44,924 nt of DNA from a candidate division WOR-3 bacterium (GTDB lineage Bacteria; Hydrothermota; Hydrothermia; LBFQ01; DSFT01), in assembly GCA_965649115.1 (NCBI GenBank), contig CBFGJN010000008.1:1-44924 (forward strand). The letters are read 5' to 3'. The notes beneath the pieces are model-generated. The model had not been told where the DNA came from. It saw nothing but the letters and a program-made list of their open reading frames with translations, and searched no databases. Below are positions 1 to 8,697 of this stretch, piece by piece (the first letter of the stretch is position 1; each line of letters begins with the position of its first letter). A program made the translations under genes and the position numbers.

Positions 1-205
1 TGCTTTGTCCAGTAATTCGGAAATTATATTCATTTCTACACTTTCCCACCCACCCTATATTTAAGCCTTCGGCTTATAAATACCCGTTTTTTGCCTTTGG
101 GGGGCGAAGCCCCCCTAATAATCCCCCCATTAAATCTATAATTTCTTTAAAAATTTTATAAGTTATTGATTATCAAGTGATTGAGAATAATTATTGGACA
201 AAGCA
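1..205 (+). mobile_element. MITE-like repeat, full-length copy
   Basis: 17-bp imperfect TIRs TGCTTTGTCCAGTAATT (1-17) and AATTATTGGACAAAGCA (189-205). Internal hairpins AAGCC-TTC-GGCTT and GGGGGC-GAA-GCCCCC. Similar copies at 27574, 27766 and 33590. No transposase. Confidence 0.8.
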
Positions 206-334
206 GCAAAAAAGTAATAATTGTAAATCGCTCTAAAAGGGAACTTGGAGAAATTTTGAATAGAGAGGAAGTTGGGGTTATTTCAATAAATGACAATAAC
301 TTTTATAAACTTTTTTTAAAAAGGGGGTTAAACG

Positions 335-1255
335 ATGATATGGTTAGTTGTAGGACAGGCTCTGAATTATCTTGGTATAATAAATAATAAATTGTTTATG
401 TACGGAGGATGGAGAAGGGATAGCACTCTTGCTCCTAATGGTAATACTGGTTCATATTCTGCAAAGGTTGAAACTCTGTTTGTAAATCAGGCATTTACAT
501 ATAATGGCCATCCTGGAAAGGGAATTTATACTGCCATTTATTATCAGGCGGGAAGTAGTATTTTTGAAGATACTGTTTATGAAGTTGGTGATACACTTAG
601 AAGACTTTATATTATAGGAAAGAATACAAGTGGAGGACCTTATAAGGTTGATATTAAAGCAGTAGTAACACCTTTTTCTATAAATAATTCCTGGCGATTG
701 GGACTTTCTGGACCTTATGTTGGTGATTTTGATGGTGATAATAGTACTCAGTATTATGATACACTTTGGTGGTTTGCTGATACTGCTAAAGTTTTATCTC
801 AGGAAAATGTTAGTGTTCCTGCAGGAACTTTTAGTGCTTATAAAATGTGGGTAAGATTAAAGGGAAGAATATGGTCATCTCTTATTAAAACCCAGGCAGG
901 AAATTTAGGATTTGACCCTTACTCTGACAGTTTATTAAGAGATTATTATATTTGGTGGGTTCCAAACTTGGGATATGTAAAAGATTCCCTATTTTCTTAC
1001 GCTCAGTGGAATGGTCCATTTAATACAAAAATTATAAGTAAGTCTTGGGAAGTTTCTGTTTTACAATCTTACACTACATCTATTGTTGAAAGGAATTCAA
1101 TTATATCAAATGAATTGATAAACTTCAAGGATAATGTAATTTTGTACGATGTTTCAGGTAAGGTTCTTTTTAAAGGTAAAGGTTTAGTGAAATTAAATAA
1201 AGGTGTTTATTTTGTAAGAAGTAGTCAGAAATTAATAAAAATTGTAGTTAAGTAG
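335..1255 (+). CDS. Exported protein with T9SS-type C-terminal sorting domain
   Basis: SD AGGGGG 7 nt upstream. C-terminus ILYDVSGKVL...KGVYFV...KLIKIVVK is typical of a type A CTD. WWVPNLGYVK beta-rich core. Confidence 0.7.
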   Translation: MIWLVVGQALNYLGIINNKLFMYGGWRRDSTLAPNGNTGSYSAKVETLFVNQAFTYNGHPGKGIYTAIYYQAGSSIFEDTVYEVGDTLRRLYIIGKNTSGGPYKVDIKAVVTPFSINNSWRLGLSGPYVGDFDGDNSTQYYDTLWWFADTAKVLSQENVSVPAGTFSAYKMWVRLKGRIWSSLIKTQAGNLGFDPYSDSLLRDYYIWWVPNLGYVKDSLFSYAQWNGPFNTKIISKSWEVSVLQSYTTSIVERNSIISNELINFKDNVILYDVSGKVLFKGKGLVKLNKGVYFVRSSQKLIKIVVK

Positions 1256-1260
1256 TTTTG

Positions 1261-1282
1261 GGAGGGTTTTAAGCCCTCCTTA
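1261..1282 (+). terminator. Probable intrinsic terminator hairpin
   Basis: GGAGGG-loop-CCCTCC just after the stop at 1255, with a poor U-tail. Confidence 0.4.
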
Positions 1283-1321
1283 AACAAGACAAAAAATTAT
1301 CCTATATAATTTTAGAACTTT

Positions 1322-1735
1322 ATGAATAAACCTATAAAGGTTCTTATAGGTAAAGTTGGTTTAGATGGTCATGATAGAGGGGCAAAAGTATTAGCAAGAG
1401 CTTTGAGGGATGCTGGGATGGAAGTTGTATATAGTGGATTACATAGAACAGCGGAAGAAATTGTTCAAATGGCAATTGATGAAGATGTTGATGTAATAGG
1501 AATATCAATACTTTCTGGCGCTCACATGACTTACTTTCCAAAAATTCTAAAACTTATGAAAGAAAACGGTCTTGAGGATGTCCTTCTAATAGGTGGAGGA
1601 ATTATTCCCGAGGAAGATGCAATAGAACTTGAAAAGATGGGTGTTAATAAAATTTTTGGGCCAGGAACACCTCTTGAAGAAATAATAAATTATATTAAAA
1701 ATTGGTATGAAAAAAAGAAGTTAGCAATTGTTTGA
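1322..1735 (+). CDS. Cobalamin-binding subunit of methylmalonyl-CoA/acyl-CoA mutase
   Basis: GLDGHDRG (DxHxxG) motif, SILSG, GGGIIP, IFGPGT. Confidence 0.92.
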   Translation: MNKPIKVLIGKVGLDGHDRGAKVLARALRDAGMEVVYSGLHRTAEEIVQMAIDEDVDVIGISILSGAHMTYFPKILKLMKENGLEDVLLIGGGIIPEEDAIELEKMGVNKIFGPGTPLEEIINYIKNWYEKKKLAIV

Positions 1736-2102
1736 AAAAGCTTTAAATTATATCAAATTTTCTTATGCTGTTTATTCAAATTTTAAAGTTGCGTGTATTT
1801 TGATTGCTTCAAATGGTTATGATAAAAAGGAATTTTTTGGTGTTAATATAGAAAATGCTTCTTATGGACTTACAATTTGTGCTGAAAGAGTTGCTATATT
1901 TAAAGCAATTTCAGAAGGTTATAGAGAATTATTGGAGTTATATTTAGTAGCTATAAATCAAAATGGAGAAGAAGTTTTTGATATTGTGCCTTGTGGAGCT
2001 TGTAGGCAAGTAATGAAAGAATTTTCGGATAATCTAAAAATAATTACAAGGAAGGGTGAATTTTCTATAAAAAACCTGCTTCCTTTTAGCTTTAAAATTT
2101 AA
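1728..2102 (+). CDS. cdd: Cytidine deaminase
   Basis: [23 protein letters not shown] and PCGACRQ zinc motifs. Confidence 0.93.
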   Translation: MFEKALNYIKFSYAVYSNFKVACILIASNGYDKKEFFGVNIENASYGLTICAERVAIFKAISEGYRELLELYLVAINQNGEEVFDIVPCGACRQVMKEFSDNLKIITRKGEFSIKNLLPFSFKI

Positions 2103-2107
2103 TCCTT

Positions 2108-3016
2108 TTGAATAAACACTCGGATATTATTGAAAAACTATTTAAAGGATTAAGCTTTTTTTCAGTTGTTTTATTTATATTTATTTTTACTTCAATTTTT
2201 TTTGTTCTATTTAATGAAGCAAAACTTTCAATAAGTAAATTTTCATTTAATTTTATTTTAAAAGCAACTTGGGATCCAGTGAGAGAGGAATTCGGAGGTC
2301 TTGTGCCAATCGTAGGAACAGTTTTAACCTCAATTTTATCTGTTATTTTTGCATTTCCCATTAGTCTTGGGATTGCTATTTTTATATCTGAAATATGTCC
2401 TAAATTTTTAAAGAATTTTTTTAGGGTTAGTATTGAACTATTAGCTGGTATTCCAAGTATTATTTATGGAATATGGGGGCTTTTTGTTTTTGTTCCTATA
2501 ATGAAAAATAATGTTGAACCGTTTTTAATTAGATATCTTGGATTTATTAGAATTTTTAATGGAGAGCCATTTGGAATAGGTCTTTTAACAGCAAGTATAA
2601 TTTTATCATTTATGATTATTCCTTTTATCTCATCCATGATTATTGAATTGTTTTCCTTGGTTCCTGATGTTTTTAGAGAGTCTGCTTATGCTCTTGGTTC
2701 AACAAGATTTGAAGTTATAAGATATGTTTTAATTCCTTATGTAAAAGTTGGGATTTTTGGAAGTATAACCTTAGGATTAGCAAGAGCAATAGGTGAAACA
2801 ATGGCTGTTACATTTGTAATTGGTAATACTTATAAAATTCCGACAAATATATATGAGCCTACAATAACAATAGCATCCTCTCTTGCTAATGAATTTACAG
2901 AAGCTACTACTGAAATTTATCTTTCAAGTTTATTCTATCTTGCCTTTGTTCTTCTTCTTATATCATTTTTTGTATTTTTAATTTCAAGAATTTTGCTTTT
3001 AAAATTAATAAAATGA
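2108..3016 (+). CDS. pstC: Phosphate ABC transporter permease PstC
   Basis: WDPVREEFG, ELLAGIPSIIYG, ESAYALGSTR (EAA loop), LARAIGETMAV. TTG start. Confidence 0.92.
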   Translation: MNKHSDIIEKLFKGLSFFSVVLFIFIFTSIFFVLFNEAKLSISKFSFNFILKATWDPVREEFGGLVPIVGTVLTSILSVIFAFPISLGIAIFISEICPKFLKNFFRVSIELLAGIPSIIYGIWGLFVFVPIMKNNVEPFLIRYLGFIRIFNGEPFGIGLLTASIILSFMIIPFISSMIIELFSLVPDVFRESAYALGSTRFEVIRYVLIPYVKVGIFGSITLGLARAIGETMAVTFVIGNTYKIPTNIYEPTITIASSLANEFTEATTEIYLSSLFYLAFVLLLISFFVFLISRILLLKLIK

Positions 3017-3834
3017 AATTGAGAATAATTTTAGATAAAGTTATAACTTTAATTTCAACAGTGTTCGCATTTTTTGGAATTTTTGTATTATTTTGGATTT
3101 TGAAAGATGTTATAGTTAATGGTATCAAATCAATAAATTTGAGTTTTTTCTTGGAAGATCCAAGACCACCCGGAATTCAAGGTGGAGGATTAAGGAATGC
3201 TATTGTTGGAAGTTTTATAATTACATCTATTGCTATGATGATAGCTTTTCCTATTGGATTACTTGGTGCAACTTATATTAATGAATATTCAAGAAGTTCA
3301 AAATTTTCAAACTTTGTAAGATTCGTTTATGATGTTATGCTATCTTCTCCATCAATTGTTATAGGTGCTTATGTTTATGCTTTATTAGTAAAACCATTTA
3401 AAACATTTTCTGCTATTAGCGGTTCTTTTGCTCTTTCAATAATTATGATTCCAATTATATTGAAAACCTTAGATGAATTATTTAAATTGGTTCCAAATTT
3501 CACAAAGGAAGCTGCTTATGCACTTGGTGCTCCAAAGTGGAAAGTAATTGTTTATATAATTTGGCCTTACATTAGAATAGGAATTTTAACCTCAATTCTA
3601 TTATCATTTGCTAGAATTATCGGGGAAACTGCACCACTACTTTTTACAAGTTTTAATAATATGTTCTTTGAGGTAAATTTATTTAAGCCTATGGCTACAC
3701 TAACAGTTAATATATTTAACTTTGCAATGTCTCCTTATGAAAATTGGCATAAACTTGCTTGGTCTGCTTCATTTTTAATTGTTGTCTTTGTTTTATTTGT
3801 TAATTTAATATCAAGATTTTTGTTAAAAGAATAA
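3013..3834 (+). CDS. pstA: Phosphate ABC transporter permease PstA
   Basis: GGLRNAIVGS, PSIVIG, EAAYALGA, ARIIGETAPLL. ATGA-type overlap with pstC. Confidence 0.92.
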   Translation: MKLRIILDKVITLISTVFAFFGIFVLFWILKDVIVNGIKSINLSFFLEDPRPPGIQGGGLRNAIVGSFIITSIAMMIAFPIGLLGATYINEYSRSSKFSNFVRFVYDVMLSSPSIVIGAYVYALLVKPFKTFSAISGSFALSIIMIPIILKTLDELFKLVPNFTKEAAYALGAPKWKVIVYIIWPYIRIGILTSILLSFARIIGETAPLLFTSFNNMFFEVNLFKPMATLTVNIFNFAMSPYENWHKLAWSASFLIVVFVLFVNLISRFLLKE

Positions 3835-3896
3835 CTTTTAATTTATAAAGTTTCAGCCCCCTGCCGAAAAAAAAGGACTTTAAAATTTTCATTTCT

Positions 3897-6449
3897 ATGG
3901 AAAAAACATATAATCACAAGGAAGTTGAAGAAAAAATTTATAAATTTTGGCTTGAAAATGATTTATTTAAAGCAAACCCAAAAAATGTATTAGAAAATAA
4001 GAAAAAGCCATTTTCAATAATGATGCCACCACCAAATATAACAGGAAGAATACATATGGGTCATTTATTAAATAATACAATTCAAGACATTTTAGCAAGA
4101 TATTATAGAATGAAAAATTATGAAGTTTTATGGCAACCTGGAACAGACCATGCAGGAATAGCTACTCAAAATGTTGTTGAAAGAGAATTATTAAAAGAAG
4201 GAAAAACAAGATATGATTTAGGAAGAGAAGAATTTATAAAGAGGGTTTGGAAATGGAAAGAAGAATATGGAAGCATTATTATAAATCAGCTTAAAAGACT
4301 CGGAATAAGTGCTGATTGGTCAAGATTAAAATTTACAATGGATGAAGACTACTATAATGCAGTTATTTACGCATTTAATGAACTTTATAAAAGAGGTTTA
4401 ATTTATAAGGGACTTTACATTATTAATTGGTGTCCAAGGTGTTATACAACACTATCAAATGAAGAAGTTGAAAATAAGGAAATTGATGGAAAATTATATT
4501 ATTTAAAATATCCAATTTTAGATTCAAAAGAATATATTATCGTTGCTACAACGAGACCTGAAACTTATCTTGGAGACACGGCTGTCGCAGTTAATCCGAA
4601 AGATAGTAGATATAAACATTTGATTGGAAAGAAGGTAAAATTACCTCTTATTAATTGGAAAAGAAAGGATTATTATAATAATGAAATTTCAAGTGAAATT
4701 GAGATTATAGAAGACGAATTTGTAGATATGGAATTTGGAACAGGAGCAGTTAAAATAACTCCTGCTCATGACAAAGATGATTTTGAAGTTGGTAGAAAAT
4801 ATCATTTACCTATGGTTTTAATAATGGACTATAATGGAATTTTAAATGAAAATGCAGGTTATTTTAAAGGATTAGAAAGATTTAAAGCAAGAGAAGAAAT
4901 TGTAAAAAAGCTTTCTGAAAATGGTTATATTGAAAAGATTGAAAATTATAAATATAGTGTTGGTGTTTGTTATAGATGTGAAACAATTATTGAACCAATA
5001 ATTTCAGAGCAATGGTTTTTGAATTTAAGGTTTTTTAAAGATATTGCTAAAAAGGTTATTGAAGAAAATAGAATTGAAATTATCCCTGAATATGGAAAAA
5101 AAATTTACTTTAATTGGTGGGATAATATAAAAGATTGGGCAATTTCAAGGCAGATATGGTGGGGTCATAAAATTCCTATTGAAGGTGAAGAGGATGTTCT
5201 TGATACATGGTTTAGTTCAGCATTATGGCCTATTGCTACACTTGGTTGGCCAAATGAAACAGATGAATTAAAAGCTTTCTTTCCAACGAGTATTTTAATA
5301 ACGGGTTGGGATATTCTCTTCTTTTGGGTAGCGAGAATGATTGTTATGAGTTTGTTCTTTAAGAATGAGGTTCCATTTAAAAAAGTTTATTTACATGGAT
5401 TAGTTAGAGACGAAAAGGGAAGAAAAATGTCAAAAAGTCTTGGAAATTCACCAGAACCATTGGAATTATTTGATAAGTATTCAGTTGATGGTGTTAGAAT
5501 GGGATTGATGTTAATAACACCAGAAGGTCAAGATGTTAGATTTTCTGAAAAATATATGGAAGTTGGAAGAAATTATACAAATAAAATTTGGAATATAGGA
5601 AGATTCTTACTCTTGAATTTTGATGGAAATTATCAACCATTAAAACAACTTCAAATTGAGGACAAATGGATTTTATATCAACTTGATGATGTTATTGAAA
5701 GTGTTAATAAAGGTATTGAAAATTGTGAATTTAACAAAACTGCAAAATTACTATATGATTTTACTTGGCATAAGTTTGCAGATTGGTACATTGAAACAAT
5801 TAAAACGAGAGAAGATAAAAATTTTGCTATTTCTAATGCTCTATTTACATTTGAAAATATATTAAAACTTCATCATCCGTTTATGCCATTTATCAGTGAA
5901 GAACTTTATCAAAAGATGCCCTTTAAGAAGGAAATTTCAATAATGAAGGAAGAATTTCCAAATAAATATGGATTTGATTATAAGCAAGATTTTGAGAATT
6001 ATGAATTTTTAAAAAAGCTAATTGAAGAAACGAGAGAAATTAAGGGTATTTTTAAGATTCAAAATAGAAAGGATATTAAACTTTTCGTACATAACCAAAC
6101 AGAAGAAAAATTAAAAAATTTAGTAAAAGAAAATTTTAGGATTATTAGGTTTCTTGGGGGAATTGAAGGGATTTTTGAGACAGAAGAGAAAATAAAAAAT
6201 AGTGCAATAATAGTTTTTGATAGGTTTTTAGGATTTTTAATTTTGGAAAATTACGATTTTGAAAAAGAGAAAAAGCGACTTGAAGAAGAGTTGGAAACTA
6301 TTGAAAAATTATATAAATCAATTAAGGAAAAGTTAAATGATAGTGAATTTCTAAATAAAGCACCAAAGCAAATTATCGAAAACCAAAAAAATAAATTATT
6401 GGAACTTGAAAATAAAATAGAAAAATTGAAGATCATTTTGAATGTTTAA
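3897..6449 (+). CDS. valS: Valine--tRNA ligase
   Basis: PPPNITGRIHMGH (HIGH), GTDHAGIATQ, DWAISRQIWWGH, DTWFSS, KMSKS, C-terminal coiled coil with FLNKAP. Confidence 0.97.
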   Translation: MEKTYNHKEVEEKIYKFWLENDLFKANPKNVLENKKKPFSIMMPPPNITGRIHMGHLLNNTIQDILARYYRMKNYEVLWQPGTDHAGIATQNVVERELLKEGKTRYDLGREEFIKRVWKWKEEYGSIIINQLKRLGISADWSRLKFTMDEDYYNAVIYAFNELYKRGLIYKGLYIINWCPRCYTTLSNEEVENKEIDGKLYYLKYPILDSKEYIIVATTRPETYLGDTAVAVNPKDSRYKHLIGKKVKLPLINWKRKDYYNNEISSEIEIIEDEFVDMEFGTGAVKITPAHDKDDFEVGRKYHLPMVLIMDYNGILNENAGYFKGLERFKAREEIVKKLSENGYIEKIENYKYSVGVCYRCETIIEPIISEQWFLNLRFFKDIAKKVIEENRIEIIPEYGKKIYFNWWDNIKDWAISRQIWWGHKIPIEGEEDVLDTWFSSALWPIATLGWPNETDELKAFFPTSILITGWDILFFWVARMIVMSLFFKNEVPFKKVYLHGLVRDEKGRKMSKSLGNSPEPLELFDKYSVDGVRMGLMLITPEGQDVRFSEKYMEVGRNYTNKIWNIGRFLLLNFDGNYQPLKQLQIEDKWILYQLDDVIESVNKGIENCEFNKTAKLLYDFTWHKFADWYIETIKTREDKNFAISNALFTFENILKLHHPFMPFISEELYQKMPFKKEISIMKEEFPNKYGFDYKQDFENYEFLKKLIEETREIKGIFKIQNRKDIKLFVHNQTEEKLKNLVKENFRIIRFLGGIEGIFETEEKIKNSAIIVFDRFLGFLILENYDFEKEKKRLEEELETIEKLYKSIKEKLNDSEFLNKAPKQIIENQKNKLLELENKIEKLKIILNV

Positions 6450-6480
6450 GAATTGCCTTAATTTATGCTTTAAAATTTTA

Positions 6481-6532
6481 ATCTTACTCTCAATACTTCA
6501 ATCTAATCAATTGAAGTCCCCTGGGAGTAGAT
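6481..6532 (+). promoter_or_regulatory. Structured 5' leader hairpin of the SBBP/LVIVD operon
   Basis: ATCT/AGAT, ACTCTCA/TGGGAGT and ACTTCAAT/ATTGAAGT stems between the -10 box TAAAAT (6471-6476) and the SD AGGAGG. Confidence 0.5.
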
Positions 6533-6549
6533 AGCGAAGGAGGATGAAT

Positions 6550-8697
6550 ATGTTTATATCTCTGATCGCAAGCATTAGCTTGCCTAATTTCTTTGTTGAA
6601 AATAGGGGACAATTTGAAAATAATGTCCTCTATTATTCTTATAGCGGAATCTATATAATGAAAGATGGTTCAATCACTATAAAAAATTCAAAACTCTATA
6701 CAAAACCTAGATCCATAGTTCCTCAATACCAAGAAGGTTATATAAGCTTTCCTGATAAAAATATGAATAATCTAAGACTTTACAAAAGTATAAGACTTAA
6801 AGAAATTCAAAAGGGTATTGACCTTATTATAAATGCTCCAAGTAACGGTGAATTTGAATTTTATATTGAGATAAAACCAAATATAAAAGTTGAAAAAATC
6901 AGCCTGAAAATTGAAAATCTAAATGAATTATCATTTAAAGAATTTAAGGCATTTTCGGCAACTAATGAAATTCCAATAAAAGTTATAAAGAATAAAAATA
7001 ATTTAGCGTTTGAAATTGGAAATTATGATATAAGAAAAGGAATTATAATTGACCCTGTTGCTATGTTAATTAGTCCTCATAATGATATTGTTTTTGATGT
7101 TCAAGCAGAGAGTAATGATGTTATAGCTGTTGGCTGTACTGATGGATTAAGTGCTTTTGGTTCAACACCAAGAGATTCATTTGGTGGTGTTGGTGCTGGT
7201 TTTTATGATGTTTTTATTACAAAATTAAGTTCAAATTTATCTAATCATTTACAAACAACAATTATTGGAAGTTCAAATGCTAAAAATGAATGTGCTTATG
7301 GTGTTAAATTGGATAATAATGGTAATGTTTATGTTGTGGGAGGAACAGAAGATGGAAGTAATTTTGGAATTTCTCCAAATATCTTTGGAAATCCAGGGCA
7401 GAAAGATGTATTCTTAATAAAATTAAATAATTCATTAAATACTATTCTTTATAATGATATTTTTGCTTCACCAAATAATGATGTTGGTTATGCTATTGAT
7501 ATAAGTAATGGTAGAGTTTTCATTACGGGATATACAGCAAATTCTCCACAATTTACTAATATAACACCTAATGTTTTTGGTATTCAAGGTCTAAAAGATG
7601 TTTTTGTTATTTCAGTAGATACATTTGCCCTTTTCAATCCTTTTTTAGCTATTATATCTTCAAGTGATGATGACATTGGAAAAACAATAAAAGTTGATAG
7701 GAATGGAAATGTTTTTATTGGAGGAATGACGAAAAATTCAGTAAATTTTGCTCCAAATAGGATAAATTTTGGAACATCAGGGAATTTAGATGGATTTATA
7801 ACGAAGCTCAGCTTTGGTTTAAATAATCATTTTAATACTGCTATTTTTTCAAGTCCATTAGATGATTATATAAATACCATTGCTATTGATACAACTAATG
7901 GAAATATATTTTTTGGTGGATTAACGAAAAATTCTTCAAATTTCATCTGTTCTAATTGTCAATTAGTATATGGGACATCTGGTGGTGTTTCAGATGCTTT
8001 TATTTCAAGGATAGATAATAATTTCACACCTGGAAGTGAAAAAGTTGCTATTTTAACAAGTCAAGGACAGAATTTAGCTTCTGATAGTGAAGCAGTTAAT
8101 AGAATTATTATTCATTTCACGGGACAAATTTGGGCTGTTGGTTATACTCACCATTCGCAAACATTTACACCAAATCAAATAATAAGAGGAACTACTAATG
8201 GTTTTGGACAATTTGATGCTTTTCTGGTTCGTTTGAATAATAATTTAAACGCATTTTATCAAACATATATTTTTACTTCAAGTGATGATGATTATGCAAC
8301 TTCAATTGATGTAACAAATGGAAGTGTTGCTTATATTGGAGGATGGACAATTTATGGAAACAATTTTTATTGTAGTAATTGTCCTTCTAAATATGTTTAT
8401 GGTTCATTTATGAATGCAAATGATGGATTTGTTGTTTTTGAGGATGTTCAAGTTTCAAATAATGAAAAATTAGAAAATAATTTTAAGTTTGAAAATGGAT
8501 TTCTATATTTGAATATGAAAATTCCTAACTATGTTGGATATGAAATTTACGATTTTAATGGAAGATTAAAAACATTTAAATCAATTGGTTATTTATCAGC
8601 TGGAAGTTATAAGTTTGAAATAAATGCAAAAGGACAATCAATTATTAAAATTAGAATAGGAGATGAAGTTTATATAAAGAAGGAGGTTTTAAGATGA
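6550..8697 (+). CDS. SBBP-repeat beta-propeller surface protein with CTD-like C-terminus
   Basis: FVENRGQ and IIDP N-domain motifs, repeats of D..GNVYVVGGT...DVFLIKL, C-terminal EIYDFNGR...GSY. The second ATG (6550) is preferred because AGGAGG abuts the ATG at 6544. Confidence 0.8.
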   Translation: MFISLIASISLPNFFVENRGQFENNVLYYSYSGIYIMKDGSITIKNSKLYTKPRSIVPQYQEGYISFPDKNMNNLRLYKSIRLKEIQKGIDLIINAPSNGEFEFYIEIKPNIKVEKISLKIENLNELSFKEFKAFSATNEIPIKVIKNKNNLAFEIGNYDIRKGIIIDPVAMLISPHNDIVFDVQAESNDVIAVGCTDGLSAFGSTPRDSFGGVGAGFYDVFITKLSSNLSNHLQTTIIGSSNAKNECAYGVKLDNNGNVYVVGGTEDGSNFGISPNIFGNPGQKDVFLIKLNNSLNTILYNDIFASPNNDVGYAIDISNGRVFITGYTANSPQFTNITPNVFGIQGLKDVFVISVDTFALFNPFLAIISSSDDDIGKTIKVDRNGNVFIGGMTKNSVNFAPNRINFGTSGNLDGFITKLSFGLNNHFNTAIFSSPLDDYINTIAIDTTNGNIFFGGLTKNSSNFICSNCQLVYGTSGGVSDAFISRIDNNFTPGSEKVAILTSQGQNLASDSEAVNRIIIHFTGQIWAVGYTHHSQTFTPNQIIRGTTNGFGQFDAFLVRLNNNLNAFYQTYIFTSSDDDYATSIDVTNGSVAYIGGWTIYGNNFYCSNCPSKYVYGSFMNANDGFVVFEDVQVSNNEKLENNFKFENGFLYLNMKIPNYVGYEIYDFNGRLKTFKSIGYLSAGSYKFEINAKGQSIIKIRIGDEVYIKKEVLR

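Noticed and set aside
181..387. 68-aa ORF
   Set aside because: It starts inside the repeat, crosses the promoter/SD of the 335 gene and has no recognisable motif.
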